IMG/VR virus record: IMGVR_UViG_2698536369_000010
Origin: a virus
Lineage: Duplodnaviria; Heunggongvirae; Uroviricota; Caudoviricetes
Direction: 5' to 3' (one strand)
DNA length: 17,208 nt
The notes beneath the pieces are model-generated. The model searched no databases. It was not told the DNA's origin and saw only the letters and a list, made by a program, of their open reading frames with translations. Shown one piece after another: positions 1 through 8,524 of the stretch. Within the stretch, counting starts at the first letter, position 1; every line of letters begins with the position of its first letter. Position numbers and translations under genes: made by a program.

Positions 1-62
1 CCGGCAGAAGCAGAAAAAGCTTATTATGCTTCCATCGGCAACGATGATCTGGCAGCCTGAGT

Positions 63-2675
63 TCACAGATAAAACACTCTCCAGGAAACCCGGGGCGGTT
101 CACCTGCCTGAATATCGAGCTGCTCGTTTTTCTGTCTGACAATTTCTTTTTCCCGTTCCAGAGCATCATTCAGAGCCTGCATTTTCTCTTGAAAAACATG
201 ATCTGACATTCCACGGGATTTATCTGCATAGTCACGTTCAAGTTGCAGACGCTGATTGTTATATCCATGTTCAATCCGCAGTAATTCCTGCTGGCGTTGC
301 TGATTTTTATCGCCAACCCCATAACCAGCAATCTGAATATCATACCCCTGCTGACGATTATCAATCGAAGCCTGCAATGAATCACGCCATGCTGTTATTT
401 CGGCGGATTCCTTGATTAGCCTGTTATTTTTTTCAATCGCAACATTTTTCTCCATCAACGCGGTTATTTCTTCCCGGTGTAAGAGAAGCGATTTCTGATC
501 CTGGGTTAATTTCGTTGATGGTCGTGACTCTAGGTCGGCAATCCGCTGACGCCACTTAACCAGTTCCTGTTCAGAGGAACTTAATTTAACGGTCAACTCA
601 GCTTGTGAACTTAGTAACGCATTCTGTTGATTCAGATGATCAATCATTCGTTGGGCTGCATCATCAGAATAACCTTTCGCCTTTGGTTGCTTTGGATCTT
701 TATAACGCTCATTTATTTGAGCGATAAGATTATTATATTCTTCCTTTGAATACTGATTCTTTAGCTTTTCCAGTTTTGCAAGTTCACTAGCTCTCTGCTG
801 CTCCCGGGTCTGATATTGTTTTGAAAAGGCATCTGCTCTCTGTCTGAGTTCAATTCCTTCCTGTTGTCGCTTGTTGTAATCGTTTATTGATGAATTTAGT
901 ACGTCCTGAGCAATTTTTTCTGCTTGAAGTACGCCCAATTGCTGCTTTAATCGTGCCAGCCTTTTATTTTGAGCTCCGCCATCTCCAATGCCACCTAACC
1001 CGAAAACTCCGGGTCGGGTATTTTTTTCTATTTCATCAATTTGACGGAGAACATCTGAGATTTTTTGATCAAGGGAGGCCTCACGGCCAATATCCAGCAT
1101 GGAATCCCATGCCCATTTTGCGGAGTCTGCGACAGCTTTCCATGCAGTCTCAAGATAACCAAGATTTTCTTTAATCTGGTTGGTGCGCTGGATCATTGAG
1201 GATGAGTATTCTTCTGTCGCAATGCGGGCGGCCTCCTGCTGGTTCCCTTCATCCTGTAGCGCCTTAATCTGGTTATAAGTCGCAAGTGTCAGAAAATGGT
1301 ACTGATCATTAAGTTTTGATATGGCACTGACAGGATCCTTTGCAATTTCATTGAAGTCATTAACCAGTTGTTCGGTTGATATTCCTGTTACTTCGCTCGT
1401 TTTTACTATCGCTGTCGTCACTTGCTCCAGCGAACTGCTCGCTACCTTTCCCGAACGCACAAGCTGATTTAATACTGCCGCCGCAGCACCAGTTGTCGAA
1501 TCAGCCGCATTCCCGGCACGTTGAGCTATATCGCCCAATTGCCCGCTGGTTGTCCCCAACTGATTTCCGGTAAGAATAAGAGATTTATTAAATTCGTCCT
1601 GCTCCTGAGAGCCTTTATAGTAAGCCAGTCCTAAGACCCCAACGGCTGCTGCGGCCAGGGTAAAAGGATTAATTAATCCCAGCACATAAGAACCTACACC
1701 TTTGATCGCCGGGCCAATCCCACCGAACATATCTTTTAGCTGGCCGCCCTGCTGCATTAACACCATAAATGGCGACTGACCAGTGGACAACCCAACAACA
1801 ATATCCGTCATTTGTGCAGGCAACATGCGCATAGCAAAAGCCGTTTGTTTTGCCGACATTCCGGTTTTGCTTAATTGTGATTGAGTAACCTCAAGCTCAC
1901 TCCGCATAGCACGAAGTTTTCCAGAAAGCTCCTCATACATTTCAGGAGAAAGCATCCCCTTAGCTTTTGCTTCATTGAGCTGTTTCTGTTGTTCTACCAG
2001 ACGATTAAAAGCAGTTCCGACAGGATCAAGTTGAGCAATCAGACGTTGCAAAGCAACAACCTGTTCATCATGCGCTTTTGCTGCTTCTCGCTCTGCCTGA
2101 GCCTCTCCGGTAAGCTCTCGCCGTGTTTCCTGTATTTTTCGGCTATAATTCTCAAACTGAGAACCATTTATTTTCCCGGATGCAAACGCAGCATTAAGTT
2201 CATCATGCTGTTGTTCAAGATTTCTTAGCGCCGCAGCCAGAGGGTCGATCTTGTCCAGCATTCTTTGAAAGGCCTGAGCCTGCGCTTCCTGCTGGGCGGC
2301 AGCAAGTTTTCCGGCCTTCTCGGCTTCTCTCTGCGCTTGCGCAACCCCGCTCAATTCCTCTGTGGTTTCATTAAGTTTACGGACAAGAAATTCATATTCT
2401 TCTTTATCAATAAGCCCTTTATCGAAAAATTTCTTTAATTCAGAATAGCGTCGACCGACAGTATCAATTGCGGCACCAACTGGATCAATAGTTGCTTTTA
2501 ATTTTGCGAGCGCGTTCTTCTCATCTTCTGTTGCCTTAGTCACTTTCCCTGCGCTATTTGCAGCAGTTTCCCCAGCCTGCGTCATTTTGACTAATGAGGA
2601 GGTCAGATTGTCAGCATTATTTTTCGCTCCAGTGCTATCAATAATTATTGCGAGACGCGAGGTTTGCTCTGCCAT
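63..2675 (-). CDS. Tail length tape measure protein (870 aa)
   Basis: Largest ORF, immediately downstream of the G/GT chaperone pair. N-terminal coiled-coil repeats, central hydrophobic/Gly-rich segments (e.g. [21 protein letters not shown]), Q/K/E-rich C-terminus. AGGAG about 9 nt upstream of the ATG at 2673-2675. Confidence 0.85.
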   Translation of the reverse strand: MAEQTSRLAIIIDSTGAKNNADNLTSSLVKMTQAGETAANSAGKVTKATEDEKNALAKLKATIDPVGAAIDTVGRRYSELKKFFDKGLIDKEEYEFLVRKLNETTEELSGVAQAQREAEKAGKLAAAQQEAQAQAFQRMLDKIDPLAAALRNLEQQHDELNAAFASGKINGSQFENYSRKIQETRRELTGEAQAEREAAKAHDEQVVALQRLIAQLDPVGTAFNRLVEQQKQLNEAKAKGMLSPEMYEELSGKLRAMRSELEVTQSQLSKTGMSAKQTAFAMRMLPAQMTDIVVGLSTGQSPFMVLMQQGGQLKDMFGGIGPAIKGVGSYVLGLINPFTLAAAAVGVLGLAYYKGSQEQDEFNKSLILTGNQLGTTSGQLGDIAQRAGNAADSTTGAAAAVLNQLVRSGKVASSSLEQVTTAIVKTSEVTGISTEQLVNDFNEIAKDPVSAISKLNDQYHFLTLATYNQIKALQDEGNQQEAARIATEEYSSSMIQRTNQIKENLGYLETAWKAVADSAKWAWDSMLDIGREASLDQKISDVLRQIDEIEKNTRPGVFGLGGIGDGGAQNKRLARLKQQLGVLQAEKIAQDVLNSSINDYNKRQQEGIELRQRADAFSKQYQTREQQRASELAKLEKLKNQYSKEEYNNLIAQINERYKDPKQPKAKGYSDDAAQRMIDHLNQQNALLSSQAELTVKLSSSEQELVKWRQRIADLESRPSTKLTQDQKSLLLHREEITALMEKNVAIEKNNRLIKESAEITAWRDSLQASIDNRQQGYDIQIAGYGVGDKNQQRQQELLRIEHGYNNQRLQLERDYADKSRGMSDHVFQEKMQALNDALEREKEIVRQKNEQLDIQAGEPPRVSWRVFYL

Positions 2676-2690
2676 TTATTAAAACTCCTG

Positions 2691-2720
2691 ACAACAAAAA
2701 ACCCACCGCGAAGTGGGTTT
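2691..2720 (-). terminator. Candidate intrinsic terminator/attenuator hairpin just upstream of the tape measure RBS
   Basis: Minus strand reads AAACCCAC-TTCGCG-GTGGGTTT followed by TTTGTTGT: a perfect 8-bp inverted repeat with a 6-nt loop and a U-rich tail. Stem is only half G:C. Confidence 0.35.
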
Positions 2721-2840
2721 CAGGCGACATAATAGTAGATATAGCGATTACGAGGCCACGCAATGCTTTTCTCCAGGAGCATCATCGATTTAATTAAAGA
2801 CACCATCACATCTCTGTAATAGAGTGTACGTAATTAACAA

Positions 2841-3610
2841 CTACACACACTGCTCCTGAAAATACTGGTCATCCAGTGCAAAGATCACTGCTTCAAATTC
2901 ATCGCGCTCAATCAATACCGGATGAGTGGCTAAATATTCATTTATCTCTGTCAGAGATAAAGGCAAAGGCACCCCAGCCATTCCAGCATAACGTCGGGCA
3001 CGGGATATTACCGAATAGGCGTACAACAACTCCTTAAGCACCGGGTCTATTTCTGGTTCCGGTATCGGTGGCAACCTGAGTTTTTCTCGCTTCCATCTTG
3101 CCTTTTCCCCCCTTTCTCCCCCGAACTCCGATAACCACCGCTGGGCAGCTATGGCTTTTTTATCGTATCCTGCTTCTGCTGCTCTTTACCCTGGGCGATG
3201 CTGGCTGCTTCTGCAAGGATCTGCCAGTACAACTCTGGATTCTGCTTAAGCAGCGCGATCCCTCGTTCTGCCGTATATTCCAGTGCAACCTCAACACCAT
3301 TAACCAGTTCACCAACCCCTTTCCAGTCTTTCAGCAGATAACGAGCGGCATTATCAATGAGTAAATCATCAACAGAATCCACCTCGGAAACCTTTGAAAT
3401 ATCAAACTCCTTCGTTCCGACGTGCAAACTGGCATCCATTTTCTCAATGTGGCGACGGATTAATGCATTACGGGAGCGATACTGATCGTTATCGCTGCTT
3501 GCCACCAACAGTTTTAACCCGTCTACAGGTTTTAAGTCCTTCATTGGCGTAAACCAGCGTTCTCCACCAATGATAATTTTCTGATTAAGAATAAACATCC
3601 ATAACCTCAT
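2841..3610 (-). CDS. Tail assembly chaperone GT fusion made by programmed -1 frameshift (T extension covers 2841-3161)
   Basis: The -1 frame is open from 3185 down to 2841 and overlaps the 3' end of G. Slippery A AAA AAG is in the correct X XXY YYZ register in the G frame. The T-frame has no own start near the overlap (first start in the six-frame track is a TTG at 3074). Confidence 0.6.
3149..3610 (-). CDS. Tail assembly chaperone G (about 153 aa)
   Basis: Sits between major tail protein and tape measure. Ends ...GKEQQKQDTIKKP with the slippery heptamer one codon before its TAG stop. Two possible ATG starts (3610 or 3598), both with G-rich SD. Confidence 0.7.
   Translation of the reverse strand: MRLWMFILNQKIIIGGERWFTPMKDLKPVDGLKLLVASSDNDQYRSRNALIRRHIEKMDASLHVGTKEFDISKVSEVDSVDDLLIDNAARYLLKDWKGVGELVNGVEVALEYTAERGIALLKQNPELYWQILAEAASIAQGKEQQKQDTIKKP
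3155..3161 (-). other. Programmed -1 ribosomal frameshift slippery heptamer A AAA AAG
   Basis: Minus-strand ACG ATA AAA AAG CCA TAG; the heptamer is identical to the E. coli dnaX slippery site. Position matches the conserved G/GT frameshift of long-tailed phages. Confidence 0.6.
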
Positions 3611-3690
3611 TCAATGCGTCCCCCTGTAGGGCAGTACCACAGGAGGAATAACGGAAAATCAACTAATCGCCTCAGCACTGGCTTTTGCGA

Positions 3691-4620
3691 TCACGGCAGC
3701 CGGGGAATTTTTTTTCTGGTTATCGTAGGTGCTTCATCTGCTGCGGTAATGCTCAATTGAACCTGGATAATGTCGCTATTACCCCCATCAGGCCATTCAC
3801 CTGACACCTGAACCTTCGGGAAACTGAAAGTGTATGCCCCCTCTCCATTCGAAAGCGTGAAGCTGAACGGAACTGTTTCTCCAGTCAGTGTTTTACTCCA
3901 GATTTCCCACGCGGCTTTAGACCATGAAAGCGTCACCGTACCGGACGGTGTAAAAGTAGTCGGAATATTTGCTCCTGCATAAGGCGAGCCAGTCCCGATA
4001 CAACGCTGTGTCTGGAGTTTGTTATCGAACTGAATATCAAAACTGTCGATACAAAAACCGTTACCTCCGGCAACACCATTCAGGCTTACTGCTGAAACCT
4101 CCTTAAACGAATAACGTAGCTTTCCTGCACTATCCACAGGTTCGCCTTTGATAAAATTCGTATCATCGGCCTTTGATTCCCAGTCCAGTCCGGCAAAGGT
4201 TACGGTCGCTGTAATATCGCCGTCGTTAGGGATCTGCATTTTCCATGAGCCAACCTGCGCTCCTCTGACGACAGAGGCAATTCCGACATCGGACGCATAG
4301 GTCGCCAGAGAAAATGTTATTCGCTCATTCCCCATTGTCAGAGAATCGCCTGACCATTCCGCGCCGAAACAGGATGCAAGAAAATCATCATGTTGACCCC
4401 AGCGAAATTTGGTACCAACATCACCGCCGACATCCACAGTGCCAGGCGTCGCCCCCTGAGCCATCCGGGAGCCACCAATCTCATTATTTTCGCCTTTATT
4501 CTGGGTGGGTTTTACTCCCCAGCTTGTGCGTTTTAATAAACTCCAGTCACCACTTGCTGGCGTAGTGCCTGCAACCGTCTCCCGGATAAATGCCGAGATA
4601 ACCTTTGCACCTGAACTCAC
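3691..4620 (-). CDS. Major tail (tube) protein (309 aa)
   Basis: Directly upstream of G/GT and downstream of the head-tail joining genes. GTG start at 4618-4620 preceded by AGGAGG with a 5-nt spacer. Gly/Thr/Ser-rich beta-type composition. Confidence 0.65.
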   Translation of the reverse strand: MSSGAKVISAFIRETVAGTTPASGDWSLLKRTSWGVKPTQNKGENNEIGGSRMAQGATPGTVDVGGDVGTKFRWGQHDDFLASCFGAEWSGDSLTMGNERITFSLATYASDVGIASVVRGAQVGSWKMQIPNDGDITATVTFAGLDWESKADDTNFIKGEPVDSAGKLRYSFKEVSAVSLNGVAGGNGFCIDSFDIQFDNKLQTQRCIGTGSPYAGANIPTTFTPSGTVTLSWSKAAWEIWSKTLTGETVPFSFTLSNGEGAYTFSFPKVQVSGEWPDGGNSDIIQVQLSITAADEAPTITRKKIPRLP

Positions 4621-4646
4621 AGGAGCCTCCTATGTCATTAATTGCG

Positions 4647-5039
4647 CTAGAGCGCGCGATATGGAATTTGAAGATTAAGCTGGAACCAGCCATTCTTTTC
4701 GCCAACGGCTATTGAGGAAACAGCCTGGTAACTGAGACGATCGTCATCCTGAAACTCAAACAGTTCCCGCAATTTATCGGCTGTCTCAGTAATGAGTTTT
4801 GAACCAGAACCTGCGGGGACAAATAACTGAATAATGATTATCCCCGTGCGATAAACAACCGGCCCCGCGCCAATTTCATTAACTCCAGCCTGCCCGGGAA
4901 TATTACTTAACCGCGCCCAGATTAACTTACCGGAAGGATCGAACGTTGGCCCGTTCGGATACAATACGTCTTTTCCATCAATAATCGTCTGTGCCGTCAT
5001 TCTGGAAATAACCGTATTTCTGATTTCAGTAAACTTCAT
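4647..5039 (-). CDS. Putative tail terminator / tail-tube joining protein (130 aa)
   Basis: Last small gene before the major tail protein. Its ATG overlaps the upstream stop as ATGA (translational coupling). Confidence 0.45.
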   Translation of the reverse strand: MKFTEIRNTVISRMTAQTIIDGKDVLYPNGPTFDPSGKLIWARLSNIPGQAGVNEIGAGPVVYRTGIIIIQLFVPAGSGSKLITETADKLRELFEFQDDDRLSYQAVSSIAVGEKNGWFQLNLQIPYRAL

Positions 5040-5416
5040 TTGTAAGCCTGTAAAACACCATGAAAAGCGTTGGCATACACGCCAGTTGGCGCTTGTTGTG
5101 AATGACCGTTTTCAAGAGCCTCTGCATAAGGAAGGTTATTCTGGATATAAATAACCCCGTAATTTGCAGCTTTCGAAATAACCCCGATCCCACGCTGAAC
5201 AGCAATCGTACCGTTCGGATCCACGTTATCAGATATACCAAAATCGGGATGCTGTAACGACACCAGGTTGTTATTTCTGAAACGTCCGGTATCAACCGGA
5301 GCAGCAATATCAATAGCAGTAAGAATCTGCATAGCGATGTAGCGAATCTTCAGCCCTACATCTTCCTCAATCATCCCGGCAAATATTGACGGTTCTATAT
5401 CCCATGCCTTTGCCAT
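5036..5416 (-). CDS. HK97 gp10-like tail component / tail completion protein (126 aa)
   Basis: Contains the PVDTGRFRNN motif that I recall as characteristic of the HK97 gp10 family. AAGGAG SD 7 nt upstream of the ATG. Confidence 0.55.
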   Translation of the reverse strand: MAKAWDIEPSIFAGMIEEDVGLKIRYIAMQILTAIDIAAPVDTGRFRNNNLVSLQHPDFGISDNVDPNGTIAVQRGIGVISKAANYGVIYIQNNLPYAEALENGHSQQAPTGVYANAFHGVLQAYK

Positions 5417-5800
5417 TTACGCTCTCCTTAACTGGATAGAGTAAACTGATGCGGAAGGATCTACACTTGCTGTAATTACCTCGTATCGTTGTAACTGCCT
5501 TGATACAGGATCATAAATCTCAATAATATGGTCGACAGCTGGTTTATCCGTAACCTCGCATACCAGAGCGGTTAATTTAAGGTCACCATGCAAAATATTA
5601 ATCCCATCAATTCTGCCCAGCTTATAACGTGTCAACACGCCTCGCCCGGTATAGATTGCGGTGGATTCGCCGCCAGTTTCCGTCACAGGATCCCAGTGCC
5701 GGTGCGTAACGTAAGAACCAGAAAAATCACTCACGGCGTCCGCTAAATCCTCATCAAAAGCAGCGGCAACCTCTGACTGAATCTCTTCACGAAGCCCCAT
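5417..5800 (-). CDS. Putative head closure / head-tail joining protein (127 aa)
   Basis: Position in the connector block. Start overlaps the upstream stop as TAATG. Confidence 0.4.
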   Translation of the reverse strand: MGLREEIQSEVAAAFDEDLADAVSDFSGSYVTHRHWDPVTETGGESTAIYTGRGVLTRYKLGRIDGINILHGDLKLTALVCEVTDKPAVDHIIEIYDPVSRQLQRYEVITASVDPSASVYSIQLRRA

Positions 5801-6195
5801 TATCCCCCCCTCACAACCCTGACTTGTGAGCGACTAAGTCCGTACGGTTTCAGCAGTGCTATCGCAAGCTGTAAATCGGGTTCAAGCAATGCAGTGCTGT
5901 TTGCTGGCAACTCAGAAAATGATTTCGATACACTGACCCCGTCAGCCGACACGGCTTTACTGATAACAACGCCAGAATCATTTTTCTGCTGAAACAACTT
6001 ACCGAATGAGGCAATTCTGGCTGCATATGCTCCCGCAAGTTTTACCTCTTCCGGAATACGGGATGGGTTAATTTTCAGGTTGAAGCCATTAAGCCAGGCA
6101 TTAGCCATTAAAACAGCTTTATTTTTAGCGTTCTCACTCGTCCAGGCGTTCCCAAACGCATTATCAACGTCATCACAGGTCACGTAAGTGATCAT
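5800..6195 (-). CDS. Putative head-tail adaptor/connector protein (131 aa)
   Basis: First gene of the connector block after the capsid gene. AGGAG SD 6 nt upstream of the ATG at 6193-6195. Confidence 0.4.
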   Translation of the reverse strand: MITYVTCDDVDNAFGNAWTSENAKNKAVLMANAWLNGFNLKINPSRIPEEVKLAGAYAARIASFGKLFQQKNDSGVVISKAVSADGVSVSKSFSELPANSTALLEPDLQLAIALLKPYGLSRSQVRVVRGG

Positions 6196-6198
6196 GTG

Positions 6199-6375
6199 TT
6201 ACTCCTGAGTTTTCCAGCCCATAGCCTTCCAGTTGTCAACTTCATCAGGATGAACATTAGCGATAGTTGGTGCGCCGGGAAACATCTGATAATCGGTCAC
6301 CATAACCACTAACTCAATTTGCGTTTTTTGTGCGGCTTCACGCTGTGCTCTTTGCTCTTTAGTTAATCCGGCCAT
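6199..6375 (-). CDS. Small hypothetical protein (58 aa; MAGLTKEQRAQREAAQKTQIELVVMV...), below the ORF-track size cutoff
   Basis: Hand-translated from the sequence. ATG at 6373-6375 is preceded by GGGGGG; its last codons (CAG GAG TAA) form the SD of the next gene. Confidence 0.45.
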   Translation of the reverse strand: MAGLTKEQRAQREAAQKTQIELVVMVTDYQMFPGAPTIANVHPDEVDNWKAMGWKTQE

Positions 6376-6384
6376 ATGCCCCCC

Positions 6385-6407
6385 ATTAAAAATGGGGCCG
6401 AAGCCCC
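6385..6407 (-). terminator. Candidate intrinsic terminator downstream of the major capsid gene
   Basis: Minus strand GGGGC-TTCG-GCCCC followed by ATTTTTAAT, 10 nt after the capsid stop codon: all-G:C 5-bp stem with a UUCG tetraloop and a U-tract. Confidence 0.45.
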
Positions 6408-6417
6408 GTTTGAATGT

Positions 6418-7557
6418 TTAACCAAGAATCAGACAACCATGTGCCGGCTTCACTGATGAAACACCCCATGCCAGTCCAACTTCATAGCGCACCTGGCGAT
6501 ACTGACGATACAGTGCAATCTGGAACGTAATCCCTGAAATCGGGTCCGTAACATTCATTACATCATCAGCATTATCGCCACCTTCCGGCATTGCCGGAGT
6601 ACGGGATGCCAGCAGAAACGCGTTGCGATCAAACGCCATATTTGCAGTAAAGGCCCCAACAACTGTGATGGCAGTATCATCGGCCAGATCCTGACGCAGT
6701 CCGGGCGCTGCAAGAGTAATCAGATTGCTGGTCGCTGCTGCCACAACATACTGATTCGGATCACCAGCGAACGTAACAATCTGACCTGCAGAAATACTCC
6801 CCGAACCAGTATCAATGGAAATAAGAACATCGCCTTCTTTTTTCTCTCCATTCACGAGATAACCAGTTGCAGCAACCTTTGGCGCTCGTTTCACACCTGC
6901 CGAACTGTGAATATTGAATCCCTCCAGACGCCCCAACACGCCCTCACGCAGTAGCTGTTCAGTGCCGGATTCATTCACTTTAAACAATACAGACTGTTTT
7001 CCGCGCAAATTAGCAATGGCAGTGGAGCCAAGCACCATCTGCAGATCGGTTGTCGGTGCGCCGTTATCCTCCAGAACCTGACGAGCCAGAGCAGCATCAG
7101 AAAGATCATCTTTAACACCAAACGGCGTTGTCCCTGCGGTTCCCACGGCGCGGGAAGCACCGAAATACAACGCACCAAGATCAGCCTCAACCTCGTTTGC
7201 AAGGGCGCGAAAAGCCTGCTTGAACTGATCAGCCAGAATGGTGTTGTAAGTCCCTGAAGGGCCAAGAGCCAGTTGTTCTTCACCATTCCATTTAACCGGT
7301 GCCATTTTGGATTTAGTAATTTTTACATCAACAGTGCCAATATTCTGATCACCGGTATTCGGAGCTGACGGCCCCGGTACGATATCTTCGGTTTTCGCCT
7401 CAGGCGCAACTGGCGCGGTTACCGTCTGATCTTTTGCTGCGGCGTCAGCTTTTGCGTTTTTTGCTACCGCAGGGATAAAACCTACCTGCTCACGGGATAC
7501 AACATCCAGGGCGGTATAAATAGTCGGGATCAACCCGGTCAGGGTATTTCCAGCCAT
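6418..7557 (-). CDS. Major capsid protein (about 379 aa from ATG at 7557)
   Basis: Large gene directly after the scaffold gene, followed by a terminator. The track ORF starts at an upstream TTG (7650); the ATG at 7555-7557 (MAGNTLTGL...) has an AAGGA SD and is preferred. Confidence 0.75.
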   Translation of the reverse strand: MAGNTLTGLIPTIYTALDVVSREQVGFIPAVAKNAKADAAAKDQTVTAPVAPEAKTEDIVPGPSAPNTGDQNIGTVDVKITKSKMAPVKWNGEEQLALGPSGTYNTILADQFKQAFRALANEVEADLGALYFGASRAVGTAGTTPFGVKDDLSDAALARQVLEDNGAPTTDLQMVLGSTAIANLRGKQSVLFKVNESGTEQLLREGVLGRLEGFNIHSSAGVKRAPKVAATGYLVNGEKKEGDVLISIDTGSGSISAGQIVTFAGDPNQYVVAAATSNLITLAAPGLRQDLADDTAITVVGAFTANMAFDRNAFLLASRTPAMPEGGDNADDVMNVTDPISGITFQIALYRQYRQVRYEVGLAWGVSSVKPAHGCLILG

Positions 7558-7655
7558 AATTAAATATTCCTTAAAAATTTGCGTAATTGTGAATAGATGG
7601 AGTAATGAGCTATCCAGCCCTGACACCAGCTCCCATCCGGAAGCTGACAAATGTG

Positions 7656-8420
7656 TTAATCAACGATTGTGATACCGTCTTTCAATGCGTTTTGCTTACC
7701 TGCAACATCCAGTGCATCAAAAGCAGAGCGTTTCATCGTTTTCTGACCAATATCATGCTGTGTCGGACGGGAGCCGCCGCCATTGTTGCCACTGGCTTTC
7801 AGGATGTAGTCTTTCTGAGGGTAATTTTCGACAAGGAACTCCAGCGCCTCATCAAACTGCGCCAGTTCGCCAGGCTTCGCGCGGGAATAAATTTTGTTGC
7901 CGGAAGCGTCATAAGCAACGATCCTCCCTTCTTCCACTTTGAATGCCTGCCCGAAGCGGGCTTGTAATAAATCTGCCGGGATCGCAATTTTATCGGCAAT
8001 ATATTTTGAACCCGCAAAACTACCGCCAATCATAGAATCGTAAAGCTGCTTCTCCAGCATCTGAGAGCGTTGCTTTTCTTCATCTAATTGCTGCTGAAAA
8101 TTTTTCGTAATTTCTGCCTTAACCTGGTCAACCTGTCCCGCATCGAGCAGCTTTTTCTGGTCGATTTTTGACAGCATTTCCAGTGCCTCGATCGCCTTCT
8201 TCGGGTCTTCGATAGCGGCAAACTTAGCCAGTTTTTCCTCTGCAGCTTCTTTAGCCAGGCGATGATTTTTTGCCTCGCCATTAAGCTCTGTAATTTTTTT
8301 TGTCGCCAGCGGTGCATCGAAGCCAATTTCTTTACCATCGTCGTGCACATAAACTGGCAGGCCAGCAGTATCAATTTCTGCGTATTGTTTTCCGTTAATC
8401 TCGACCGTTTTCAGTTTCAT
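7656..8420 (-). CDS. Putative scaffolding protein (about 254 aa from ATG at 8420)
   Basis: Charged, helix-rich protein between the head morphogenesis and capsid genes; no prohead protease gene is present. The track ORF starts at a GTG (8492) that lies inside the upstream terminator hairpin, so the ATG at 8418-8420 (MKLKTVEING...) is preferred. Confidence 0.5.
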   Translation of the reverse strand: MKLKTVEINGKQYAEIDTAGLPVYVHDDGKEIGFDAPLATKKITELNGEAKNHRLAKEAAEEKLAKFAAIEDPKKAIEALEMLSKIDQKKLLDAGQVDQVKAEITKNFQQQLDEEKQRSQMLEKQLYDSMIGGSFAGSKYIADKIAIPADLLQARFGQAFKVEEGRIVAYDASGNKIYSRAKPGELAQFDEALEFLVENYPQKDYILKASGNNGGGSRPTQHDIGQKTMKRSAFDALDVAGKQNALKDGITIVD

Positions 8421-8477
8421 ATTAGTACCTGGTTTAAGTCTTCCGACAGTTACGCTGCTCACCATCCGGATCGCAGC

Positions 8478-8504
8478 AATAAAAAAGGCCACCCGAAGGT
8501 AGCC
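8478..8504 (-). terminator. Intrinsic terminator between the head morphogenesis gene and the scaffold gene
   Basis: Minus strand GGCTACC-TTCG-GGTGGCC-TTTTTTATTG: 7-bp stem with one G.U pair, UUCG tetraloop, U6 tract, about 20 nt after the upstream stop. Confidence 0.6.
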
Positions 8505-8524
8505 TGTTGTAATAAATGATTTAT

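Noticed and set aside
1-66. Possible start (GTG overlapping the tape measure stop) of the next tail gene running off the window
   Set aside because: Only about 20 codons are visible, with a weak RBS and unremarkable translation; too little to call.
887-2228. Plus-strand ORFs of 65-115 aa (887-1174, 1376-1573, 1881-2228) and the minus-strand 71-aa ORF 170-385, all inside the tape measure gene
   Set aside because: Antisense or alternate-frame to a long, well-supported gene; low-complexity translations with no RBS context. Same reasoning applies to the other plus-strand ORFs (e.g. 4314-4565, 7605-7967, 8262-8808, 10089-10853, 12370-13439, 14549-15143).
2721-2840. Possible sigma70-like promoter or small RNA in the AT-rich spacer upstream of the tape measure gene
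   Set aside because: Only poor matches to -35/-10 hexamers (TTGTTA ... TACAGA) and no convincing ORF or structured-RNA signature; kept only as the spacer finding.
6975-7286. Minus-strand alternate-frame ORFs nested in real genes (6975-7286 in the capsid gene, 7799-8374 in scaffold, 5026-5313, 11686-11910, 12440-13144, 14160-14453, 16104-16319)
   Set aside because: Each overlaps a better-supported gene in another frame on the same strand and lacks independent start signals.
7558-8492. Extended upstream start codons from the ORF track (TTG at 7650 for capsid, GTG at 8492 for scaffold, GTG at 12340 for large terminase, ATG at 14550 for the GT-A-like gene)
   Set aside because: Downstream ATGs have proper Shine-Dalgarno spacing, and the longer versions would run through the upstream stop or terminator.
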